NCBI GenBank assembly: GCA_943789275.1
Contig: CALSTM010000002.1
Coordinates: 600,001-632,000 of the forward strand
Origin: Candidatus Poseidoniaceae archaeon
GTDB lineage: Archaea > Thermoplasmatota > Poseidoniia > Poseidoniales > Poseidoniaceae
Direction: 5' to 3'
Length of the DNA: 32,000 bases
The notes below the pieces were generated by a model that ran no database searches, had not been told where the DNA came from, and saw only the letters and a program-made list of their open reading frames with translations. The position numbers and the translations under genes are program-made. Positions 8,755-16,541 of this stretch are shown here, one piece after another. The stretch's first letter is position 1; each line of letters begins with the position of its first letter.

Positions 8755-9147
8755 ATGAGCAAGAACATGTTCTTCAAAATCGTTACCGACCCCGAAGTTG
8801 ACCCACGAAAGTGCATCGTTGGCATGGCTTGTGCCAATCAAGCGATAAAGGACGGTCACCAAGTCAGTGTATTCTTCGCTTCATTCGCGGTAAAGCTCTT
8901 GCAAAAAGAATACATCTCCGCCCTTGACGGTCGTGTAGGTACCCCTGAAGGGTTCTGTTTCGACATCCTCAACGACCTCGTGAAAAACGCTGAAGGTATC
9001 TACTGCTCAACCGGATCCCAAGCCATCGTTGGCCTCACGCCTGAAAATTCAGACGGCATGTTTGTCGAAGACTTGGACCTCATTTGGAGTGGGCCACCTG
9101 GCGTCATTCAACTCGCTGTAAACTCTGAAATTCAGATGATTTACTGA
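8755..9147 (+). CDS. Small DsrE/DsrF-like family protein (tentative)
   Basis: The protein is 130 aa. Its layout (MFFKIVTDPEVDPRKCIVGMACANQAIKDGHQVSVFFASFAVKLL) resembles DsrE-fold proteins: a beta strand, a Cys-containing loop, a helix, then GH-V-V-FF. The call rests on pattern recall only. Confidence 0.4.
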   Translation: MSKNMFFKIVTDPEVDPRKCIVGMACANQAIKDGHQVSVFFASFAVKLLQKEYISALDGRVGTPEGFCFDILNDLVKNAEGIYCSTGSQAIVGLTPENSDGMFVEDLDLIWSGPPGVIQLAVNSEIQMIY

Positions 9148-9150
9148 AAC

Positions 9151-10647
9151 CTAACGTCGTTTTCGACTGCCGTGAACTTCGTAAACAAGCAGCGAGCGGA
9201 GTTTAGATTCAGGTTTTGATTTGGCCGAATAGGACTTGCTAACGCCTTCTTTGCGCGCCGTTTTCTCATCAACAATCGGAGACGGATAATTTTCACCAAT
9301 GAGGCAATTGAATTCCTTTTGTTGCTCGTCGCTCATCAGCCAAGGTTCGTGGATGTGTTCCTTGGGCACATCTCGCAACTCTTCAACCCAGGTTCGTATG
9401 AAATCACCATCGGGGTCTTGGTCCGTGGATTGTTTGCGTACAGAATAGGCTCGTATTGAGTTGATACCGGTCACACCCGATTGCATGTGAACTTGTGACC
9501 AGTGGATGCCCGGCTCGTAATCCAAGAAACAACGTGCGAGATGGAGGCCAGTATCCGTCCAAGGCAGCCAAAGCGTGTATGAAGCGACCGATTGAAGCAT
9601 GGCTCGCATTCGGAAATTAATCCAGCCGGTCGCTATCAATGAACGCATGCAGGCATCAAAGAACGGCCACCCCGTTTTTCCTTGAGACCAGGCAGCATAC
9701 CGCTCAAGGTCCATTTCTCGTGCCAGATGACCGTCCAATTCCGGATTCAAGGCGATGACATCCATTGTTGCCTCTGATTCCAACCGTTGGATAAAATGGC
9801 AATGCCATGCCAAACGGCTTTGAAACGAGCTCAAACTCGATGTCCAACCAAGGTTTTCTTTCGAACGAGGATTGACCTTTACTTTTTTCTGCTTGCGGCG
9901 GGTGTGGTGGAGAATTTGTCGAATGGTAATGCAACCTGCAGCAAGATAAGGTGACAACCGGGAGCAAGCATCCCATCCCGTTTTGGGGCTGGACATGTCT
10001 TTGCGATAGGTTCGACCACGTTCGTCCAAAAAGGAAAACAGCACGTTGAGAGCGGCTTTTTCCCCCGGCAGTGGACGGTCGACCAAGGTTCGAGCAGCGA
10101 GCCCTAACTGTTCCATCGAGTGAATGGAGTTGGAAGTGAGCCCTTTGGGTGAATCCATGCGCATTGGCGTCGTGATCTGTTCAGCAGTCACTCGCGCATC
10201 GCGATGTTTCTTCCAATTATCCCGAGTACCAAGACGGCGTACGACGCCGTTGGTAGGAAACTCAGTGAACTCAACATCGTTTGTTGAACACCATGCTGCA
10301 ACCGATTTGTCTCTGTCCCACGACCATTGAAGACCCGTTTCCTCGTTGCTGAACAGGTGTTTGATGCCGTACTCGTCATGGAGTTGCGACAACTGTTCGG
10401 TCACCTGTCCCAAATTGAATTGCATTGAGCCGCCAATGGATTCCAAGGAGGTCCGTAATTCCGTCAAGCAATCCAATTCCCATTCGATATGAATCGGGTC
10501 CACATCCGCCCTCTCGAGGCGCTCAGGTTCAAGATTGAAGATGCAAACGACGGGATAAGGCCCGTTGATGGCTTTGACCAGAGCAGGGTTATCAGAAACC
10601 CTGAGGTCTCGCTTAAACCACACAACGGATACAGACACAGATTTCAA
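9151..10647 (-). CDS. Cryptochrome/photolyase family (CPF) protein
   Basis: Motifs VVWFKRDLRVSDNPAL, SRLSPYLAAGCITIRQ and GWINFRMRAMLQSVASYTLWLPW are present. The start is a TTG at 10647 (a GTG at 10638 is the alternative). AATTAAAAG lies about 20 nt upstream. Confidence 0.8.
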   Translation of the reverse strand: MKSVSVSVVWFKRDLRVSDNPALVKAINGPYPVVCIFNLEPERLERADVDPIHIEWELDCLTELRTSLESIGGSMQFNLGQVTEQLSQLHDEYGIKHLFSNEETGLQWSWDRDKSVAAWCSTNDVEFTEFPTNGVVRRLGTRDNWKKHRDARVTAEQITTPMRMDSPKGLTSNSIHSMEQLGLAARTLVDRPLPGEKAALNVLFSFLDERGRTYRKDMSSPKTGWDACSRLSPYLAAGCITIRQILHHTRRKQKKVKVNPRSKENLGWTSSLSSFQSRLAWHCHFIQRLESEATMDVIALNPELDGHLAREMDLERYAAWSQGKTGWPFFDACMRSLIATGWINFRMRAMLQSVASYTLWLPWTDTGLHLARCFLDYEPGIHWSQVHMQSGVTGINSIRAYSVRKQSTDQDPDGDFIRTWVEELRDVPKEHIHEPWLMSDEQQKEFNCLIGENYPSPIVDEKTARKEGVSKSYSAKSKPESKLRSLLVYEVHGSRKRR

Positions 10648-10731
10648 TTTTTGTCAAGGCTCTTTTAATTCATGTATTGAAATGGATGTTTTGCACACGG
10701 CAAAAAACGACAAGAAACCAAGAACATGTGT

Positions 10732-11751
10732 TCACTGTTCAGCATCAAGACGCTCGACTGAACCGGATTCTGTGGTGAAATATCGATAGAAGAAATACAC
10801 CGAAAAGCCTGTGAGAATATGCCACATTGCGTGAAACTGAAACAGGGTGTCTGGATTGCAAGCAGCCTCTCCGTCGCGCCCGTATCGCCAAACGATGTTG
10901 GCAACAACATAGCACGCAACTCCAAACCAAAGATGAGGAGAAGGTTGGCGAGTAAGTGCTTGACCCGATTGGAAATGCAAGTAAAGTGCGATACCAACGA
11001 ACATCAAACACAAGATGACAATCTGCATGTAGGGAACACCGACTGAAAGCGTTACACACGCTATCAAAGGCAGGGAGATCATCCAAGTAATTCGGTTTTG
11101 ACTGAGGTTTTGTGCTTCTTGAATAATCCAAACTCCGATGTAAAGTGACCACATGTAATCGCGAGTGATGCTTGAAAGCCGCAGTTTGTGCGAGCCAGAG
11201 AAATTGTCCATCAGGACGTGATTGTTGTTTGCAGCATAGGTATCAAGCAAGGCAGTCAACACGAACATCGTGAAGAAAACGCTCAGGAAAGTCCGGTCGC
11301 TCCACTGGTATTGCCGACTCAAATTGTAGTAGACTGGAAACGAAATGAAAAACAGCATTCCAGTCCAGTCCATGCTGGTTCCCCAGTTTGTATTGGTTCC
11401 GTGCATGGCGAAACTGCCGATGCCGATGTACATCGAGCCGGCGGCAAAGAGAATTGGATACACGCCTCGCTCAAGCATCGGGTTGGCTGCCTTTTCTTGA
11501 TGTGAGGGCATGTTCCAAAGGATGACAAGACCAACGAAAACATAGGTCAAGTTGGACAACGTATTCATTGGCTCTTTGATGAGCCCAGTGGAAATGTCTT
11601 CGCAAAACCGCGTAGCAGATTGTATTGGTTCAACCGCCCACCTTGACGCCCCAAAAAGAACGTACATGAGTCCCAAAAGTGAGAGAACCCCAAGCGAGAT
11701 GAAGAACTCTCGCTTTTGCTCAAACATCGTTGAAAACGACATCTGGCTCAT
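10732..11751 (-). CDS. Ceramidase-like (CREST-superfamily) polytopic membrane hydrolase
   Basis: Motifs FCEDISTGLIKEPMNTLSNLTY, FAMHGT and the C-terminal FHAMWHILTG resemble the alkaline ceramidase family, and there are at least 7 predicted TM segments. I moved the start to the ATG at 11751 to remove a 119-nt overlap with the upstream gene. Confidence 0.5.
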   Translation of the reverse strand: MSQMSFSTMFEQKREFFISLGVLSLLGLMYVLFGASRWAVEPIQSATRFCEDISTGLIKEPMNTLSNLTYVFVGLVILWNMPSHQEKAANPMLERGVYPILFAAGSMYIGIGSFAMHGTNTNWGTSMDWTGMLFFISFPVYYNLSRQYQWSDRTFLSVFFTMFVLTALLDTYAANNNHVLMDNFSGSHKLRLSSITRDYMWSLYIGVWIIQEAQNLSQNRITWMISLPLIACVTLSVGVPYMQIVILCLMFVGIALYLHFQSGQALTRQPSPHLWFGVACYVVANIVWRYGRDGEAACNPDTLFQFHAMWHILTGFSVYFFYRYFTTESGSVERLDAEQ

Positions 11752-11839
11752 ACCTCTCCGTACCGTCAATAGTATATGTTTTTGAGTGTGAAAAACCAAT
11801 ACAAGCACGAAAAAAGCGCCAACAGAATCTATGTCTCTC

Positions 11840-12610
11840 TCAAGAACGTGTTGCCCCAAAACGGCTGTAGAGAACTGCAAAAGCAAAGATAGCATTGTTG
11901 ATACCAAGAATAAGCGTTGGTAAGAAGTCCAACCGTTCGACGACGGCAAGGCATGCAAAAACGATGGATTGCATACCGTATCCGAGCGCTGAAGAACTGG
12001 TCAACTCGACTTTCAAATTCTTCGAACCACGGCCTGTCAACGCTGTGACGATTCGGTCTTGCCAATAGAAACACACCAGGTAAATGGCGTGGAAGATTTT
12101 GACGTTTCTTTGCTTCTCCCAGGGATGGGCATCGGGGCATTTTCGCTCGTCCATTCGACTGGTCGTATCTCCCGAACCTGAGGCGCGCAATCGAATCGAA
12201 AAATGATTGAACAACGAGTATTGGAACAAAATGGCAAGAATCATGCCTCCGGTGAGGGCCAGTTCCCATTCCAAAACGCTTCCAAACGCCAGCATAAGGG
12301 CAATCAGGCCAATTGTGTCCGCTACCGTATCCCAAAAACGACCCACATGCGACGGGCGCTCCCTCATCCGGGCCAATTCACCATCAACTGCATCGACAAC
12401 CCCCTTGACAATCAAAAGCAAACACGCCACGACCAACTCGTCTTGAAGAATCAACCACGTACAGAACAACGTGAGAAGAAAATGGAGGTTGGTGACCTGT
12501 ATGACGGAAACTGGCTTGTCCTTGAGAAACCGAGCAAAAATTCGTGCGATTGGACGACCCCAATCGGATAAATCGAACGGCTTGTTCGCCCCGTATTTCT
12601 TCGATGTCAA
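11840..12610 (-). CDS. CDP-alcohol phosphatidyltransferase family protein
   Basis: The signature D-x2-DG-x2-AR-x8-G-x3-D-x3-D is present as DAVDGELARMRERPSHVGRFWDTVADTIG. The protein is polytopic. Confidence 0.8.
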   Translation of the reverse strand: MTSKKYGANKPFDLSDWGRPIARIFARFLKDKPVSVIQVTNLHFLLTLFCTWLILQDELVVACLLLIVKGVVDAVDGELARMRERPSHVGRFWDTVADTIGLIALMLAFGSVLEWELALTGGMILAILFQYSLFNHFSIRLRASGSGDTTSRMDERKCPDAHPWEKQRNVKIFHAIYLVCFYWQDRIVTALTGRGSKNLKVELTSSSALGYGMQSIVFACLAVVERLDFLPTLILGINNAIFAFAVLYSRFGATRS

Positions 12611-12731
12611 TTGGTACGCCCATATGTTGCCCGTGGCTCTTTACAAATAGCCGTTGAGGATGGATATGCTGTGTAGAGGCATTTTGCCAGTCCTAGGAAA
12701 CCCTTTTAATCAGTCGTTCATGTCATAAATC

Positions 12732-15725
12732 ATGTCCTTTCGATCTGTGTCTACAGCAATAATGTTGACCGTTATGATGTTTGTAGTCCCCTTTGCAAAT
12801 GTAGCATCTGCCGACGGAACAACCCAAGCCCCATCTTCGTATGCCTACTTACCAAGTTGGGCTGGCGCTATTACCGGAGATTTGGACCAAGTCGGAGAGA
12901 ATTACCTCGGGCATTCGTTTAGCAAACATGATTTTGATGAAGAGAACAACATGTATTTTGTTTCAAGTGAAGATTACGGCAGTTGGATGAACAGCCAATA
13001 TTCTGCGAATGGAAGAGGATTCCATCTGTTGAAAATAACACCCGATGGCAGTGTAGAATATACTGAAAAAGTATCCTGTACCAATTATTGTAATTCTCCG
13101 GATTATGCGTACTCAAAAGTTGTAGGAGTTCACGCCGTTGCAGAAGACCAACTCTTTGTCACCTTTTCAGTATACAACACTCAACTCAGTTTCGGTTCGA
13201 ACAGTCAATTCTTTTCTGGTAATAACCTGATTACAGCGTTTTACAACAACGGAACATGGGATTGGGTCGATTCCGAATCGACATTGTCTCGTGGCTACGC
13301 TGAGCTCGTGTACCAAGACCTTGATGATAACGACAACTTGTACACGGTGCTCAAGGGTCCGTCGACATCCGGTTGGTCTGAATACAGCATCTCATCTGCC
13401 TCAACAGCAGGTACAAACTGGGTGAGGAGTTTGGAAGTCCCCTATCAATCACCACAGTACAACAATCTTCCGCCTTTGTTTGATGTCAATGAAACCGGCC
13501 TCCACATCTTTGCAACTGTCAAGAGTACAATCAAGTACGACTCTCAATCGACATCTTGCCCGCTTGGTGGGGAAGAAGGTTTTTGCCACATGTGGCTACA
13601 AATCAACACCAATGGAGTCAAACAATCAGTGAGCAGTTCGCTGTACTCTTCTCTTTATATTACCTCGATGATGGTTGAAAGCGGCAGCATGTATCTTACT
13701 GGCAGCACCTACGATTATGTTTCTGGCTCAAACACTGAAAGTAACTTTACTGGGCAGAAAATTTCTCACTCACCGAGATATGCACAGTATCTTGCTGTCA
13801 TGAATCAAAACGGGAGTTGGGATGGCTACATGGTCGTTAATGAACAATCTGAATCAGCCTATGGCCTATCCTCTTTCATCGTTGATGTGATGGACGATGG
13901 TAGCGTAATTTTCAGTGACTGGTATTATTCTCAAACGAGCGTCGATGGCGAAATTATCAACGAATACAGCGACGCTGCTCTTGAATACATCATCTCCAAA
14001 ATTGATGTCAATACCGGCATCGTGTGGTCCGCAAATGTTGGCTTCGATAACGCTAATTCTCTCCCAACTCTATCGTTGAGCGACGGAAATACCACCGCAT
14101 TCTTGCTTACCCACCCCTCAAACAACGGATTTGCGAAGTATCAATATCAAGGCGCTGAAGTGAGTTCTCCTACTGGGTCCAACAACAGTGAGATCTTATG
14201 GGTAGATCTCGAAAATGGAGATATCATCGATGTTGAACCAACAACTGCTACAAGCGTTGATGGGCGTTCAAATGACGGAGGAGTCATCGCCTCTCAATCG
14301 AACTTCATGTTTTATTTTATGCCGGATTTCGATGGTGACAACATTGGTTCAAACGACAACTGTCCAAACACATTCAATCCAACTCAGAGCGATTACAACA
14401 ACAACGGTGATGGAGATGCTTGTGACCCTGATGACGATTCGGATGGCGTCATGGATGGGTTTGATTCATGCCCTCTCGGTGTCCTTGGTTGGACTTCAGA
14501 ATCAATCACAGACCACGATGGCGACGGTTGCAAAGATTCAGCAGACGAAGATTTGGATGATGATAACGACGGGTTGCCGGATTCTACAGATGCTTGTCCT
14601 CTCGGAATTGGAGGCGCAAGTTACGACCTCGATGGCGATGGTTGCAAGGATGTAGAGGATGATGACGATGATGGAGATCTCATACGCGATGAATCGGACT
14701 TGTGTTCAATGGGCGTTATCGATTGGTCCTCAGGTACACTCACTGACCATGACGCAGACGGGTGTCTCGACGACGACAACGAGGACAGTGACGATGATAA
14801 TGACGGCATTGCCGACTCCGTCGATTCTTGTCCGAGAGGTGCAGTAGGCTGGCCATCAAATCTCAATACTGATTTCGATAACGATGGTTGTAGAGACGGT
14901 TATGAAGATGAAGACGATGATGGAGACGGTATACCGAACAGCATTGATAATTGTCCACAATCGATAGGAATTGTAAACGCTCAAGGATGCACCGCCACTC
15001 AATCGCTTGACGACGAGAACGGAGGTTCGAGTTTAGTGTACTATGTCTGCCCAGTAGGAAGTGTGGTTGTTCTTGACCCTTCAGATTGCCCTGCGGACAA
15101 CTCAAACACGAATACCAGTCAATCGAACAACGATTCGACTGTTGAAGATACCGCTTTTTACTATGTTTGCCCTGGTGGCACAGATGTTGTTGAAGATCTA
15201 AGCGAGTGTTCTGAAATTATCGGTAGTGGAGGCACAAACGTTACGCTAATTGTCGACCCGAGTTCAAATGAATCGAGTGACTACTCCACGTGTCCAGACG
15301 GTCGCGCAATCGTTCTCGATTTGAAAGATTGTCCAGGCGGAAGTAACGATGCTGCTTCGTCCTCTTCCGATTCGGATTCCAATGATATGATGTTGTTTTT
15401 CATGGGAGGAACATTCGTGATGTCAACGATCGCTATGATCGCAATTTTCGTTCGACGACCACAGATACAGGAGGCGGATTTTTCTTCGAAGGTGCATTCA
15501 ACAAATTACATGTTCAAAGAAGAGCCGGAAATTCCAGCACTGTCACCTCCTCAATCAGCCCCGCCCATGAGTATGGCGAACAATAAGTCAAGTTCAACAC
15601 CCTCAGCAGACCTCATTGGACAAGCTCACAATGGCAAAGAGTGGGTCGAGTGGCCTGATAATTCAGGCAACCACTGGTACCGAGAAGTTGGGTTCGGTGG
15701 AGAATGGTCAAAATACGACAACTAG
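12732..15725 (+). CDS. Large (997 aa) secreted surface protein with an N-terminal beta-rich region, a thrombospondin type-3-like repeat array, Cys-pair modules, a TM anchor and a cytoplasmic tail
   Basis: The signal peptide is MLTVMMFVVPFANVASA. The Asp-rich repeat array is of the type DNCPNTFNPTQSDYNNNGDGDACD. The TM helix MMLFFMGGTFVMSTIAMIAIFVRR is followed by about 100 aa. Confidence 0.7.
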   Translation: MSFRSVSTAIMLTVMMFVVPFANVASADGTTQAPSSYAYLPSWAGAITGDLDQVGENYLGHSFSKHDFDEENNMYFVSSEDYGSWMNSQYSANGRGFHLLKITPDGSVEYTEKVSCTNYCNSPDYAYSKVVGVHAVAEDQLFVTFSVYNTQLSFGSNSQFFSGNNLITAFYNNGTWDWVDSESTLSRGYAELVYQDLDDNDNLYTVLKGPSTSGWSEYSISSASTAGTNWVRSLEVPYQSPQYNNLPPLFDVNETGLHIFATVKSTIKYDSQSTSCPLGGEEGFCHMWLQINTNGVKQSVSSSLYSSLYITSMMVESGSMYLTGSTYDYVSGSNTESNFTGQKISHSPRYAQYLAVMNQNGSWDGYMVVNEQSESAYGLSSFIVDVMDDGSVIFSDWYYSQTSVDGEIINEYSDAALEYIISKIDVNTGIVWSANVGFDNANSLPTLSLSDGNTTAFLLTHPSNNGFAKYQYQGAEVSSPTGSNNSEILWVDLENGDIIDVEPTTATSVDGRSNDGGVIASQSNFMFYFMPDFDGDNIGSNDNCPNTFNPTQSDYNNNGDGDACDPDDDSDGVMDGFDSCPLGVLGWTSESITDHDGDGCKDSADEDLDDDNDGLPDSTDACPLGIGGASYDLDGDGCKDVEDDDDDGDLIRDESDLCSMGVIDWSSGTLTDHDADGCLDDDNEDSDDDNDGIADSVDSCPRGAVGWPSNLNTDFDNDGCRDGYEDEDDDGDGIPNSIDNCPQSIGIVNAQGCTATQSLDDENGGSSLVYYVCPVGSVVVLDPSDCPADNSNTNTSQSNNDSTVEDTAFYYVCPGGTDVVEDLSECSEIIGSGGTNVTLIVDPSSNESSDYSTCPDGRAIVLDLKDCPGGSNDAASSSSDSDSNDMMLFFMGGTFVMSTIAMIAIFVRRPQIQEADFSSKVHSTNYMFKEEPEIPALSPPQSAPPMSMANNKSSSTPSADLIGQAHNGKEWVEWPDNSGNHWYREVGFGGEWSKYDN
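14325..14990 (+). repeat. Coding repeat array: about five units of about 45 aa, thrombospondin type-3-like and Asp-rich (Ca-binding)
   Basis: The pattern D-D-D-N-D-G-x-x-D-S-x-D-x-C-P-x-G-x-x-G-W-x-S...T-D-x-D-x-D-G-C-x-D recurs in the translation of 12732..15725. Confidence 0.65.
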
Positions 15726-15771
15726 ATGGATTAACAAGACGATAACGATGTGGAAAAGTCAACCACTTAGT

Positions 15772-15793
15772 GGATTTGTTCCGGTACAAATCC
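15772..15793 (+). terminator. Candidate terminator hairpin downstream of the large surface-protein gene
   Basis: GGATTTGT-tccggt-ACAAATCC forms a perfect 8-bp stem and is followed by a T-rich GTTAATTCTCTAATT. Confidence 0.3.
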
Positions 15794-15863
15794 GTTAATT
15801 CTCTAATTACGCGTATATGCTCTCGAAACGAGATACTAAAGGATAAACCATTGATTTCTAACC

Positions 15864-16307
15864 ATGGACATGTACGATTACTCCTTCTTTCTCTCAACGA
15901 TGTGGGTTGGACCGTTCTGGTTTGCTATGTTGGTTTTCCCTGAACATGAAATGACGAAAAAGGTCATGCAGGGGCCGTGGTTCTTCCTTGGCCCGATTCT
16001 CATATGGTGGGCTGCAACGATCGCTTCGCCTCAAGGATTGATTGACTTCGCAAAAGACTCCGCAGACCCAACTGGGATTCTTGAAAGCCTTGCTGCATTG
16101 ATGGGGACAAAGGCAGGTGCCTCGGCAGCATGGGCCCACATGGTCGCCGGAGATATTTTCGTAACCCACTGGATGTGGAAGCGTTGTCTTGAAAACAACA
16201 GCCCGCGTTGGATATCAGCAACCACCGTTTTCTTTGGCGTCATGCTGATGCCGGTCGGAATTGCGATGCACATGCTGTTGGTCCGGCCAACTGCATCAAG
16301 CGAATGA
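15864..16307 (+). CDS. Small four-TM membrane protein, DUF4281/ABA4-like (tentative)
   Basis: The protein is 147 aa. The N-terminal STMWVGPFWFAMLVFPEHEMTKKV resembles the conserved PFW..L...P motif of DUF4281. This is pattern recall only. Confidence 0.45.
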   Translation: MDMYDYSFFLSTMWVGPFWFAMLVFPEHEMTKKVMQGPWFFLGPILIWWAATIASPQGLIDFAKDSADPTGILESLAALMGTKAGASAAWAHMVAGDIFVTHWMWKRCLENNSPRWISATTVFFGVMLMPVGIAMHMLLVRPTASSE

Positions 16308-16380
16308 AACGCTCAACCTCTCGATTTAGCGGGGACGAACCGAATGGCTACGATTAGAGTCCCCGCTCCCATGAGAGAGG
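16298..16380 (-). repeat. tRNA-Tyr-associated tandem unit A
   Basis: On the plus strand it reads aagcgaatgaaacgctcaa-CCTCTC-GATTT-AGCGGGGA-(24 nt)-TCCCCGCT-CCCATGA-GAGAGG. Its left end overlaps the stop codon of the 15864..16307 gene. Confidence 0.85.
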
Positions 16381-16463
16381 ACACAACAGGAAACGCTCAA
16401 CCTCTCGATTTAGCGGGACAATCCGATGCTCTGCAAATTGAGTCCCCGCTCCCATGAGAGAGG
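16381..16463 (-). repeat. tRNA-Tyr-associated tandem unit B
   Basis: The block structure is the same as unit A (CCTCTC at 16401, 84 nt after unit A). AGCGGG-A has one G fewer. The 24-nt middle segment is 15/24 identical to unit A, and the right block is 21/21 identical. Confidence 0.85.
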
Positions 16464-16541
16464 AAGCAAATGAAAACGAATAACCTCTCGATTTAGCGGG
16501 GAGCACGATAAAATCTGATGTCTACAGAAGTGGTCCCCGCT
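16464..16541 (-). repeat. tRNA-Tyr-associated tandem unit C; its right block is the 3' acceptor strand of the tRNA itself
   Basis: CCTCTCGATTTAGCGGGGA lies at 16484-16502 (83 nt after unit B). A 31-nt middle segment follows, then TCCCCGCTCCCA, which is the reverse complement of the tRNA-Tyr 3' end. Confidence 0.85.

Noticed and set aside
10732-11958. The full 408-aa version of the ceramidase-like ORF, which overlaps the CDP-alcohol phosphatidyltransferase gene by 119 nt
   Set aside because: The overlapping N-terminal 69 codons are out-of-frame shadow of the upstream gene's 3' end. The internal ATG at 11751 gives a sensible start with an 88-nt spacer.
16298-16541. Whether the tRNA-adjacent repeats are a CRISPR array
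   Set aside because: There are only three units. The conserved part is a bipartite inverted repeat rather than a single 23-47 nt direct repeat. The variable segments are homologous to each other (15/24 identical) rather than being unrelated spacers. No cas genes are in the window.
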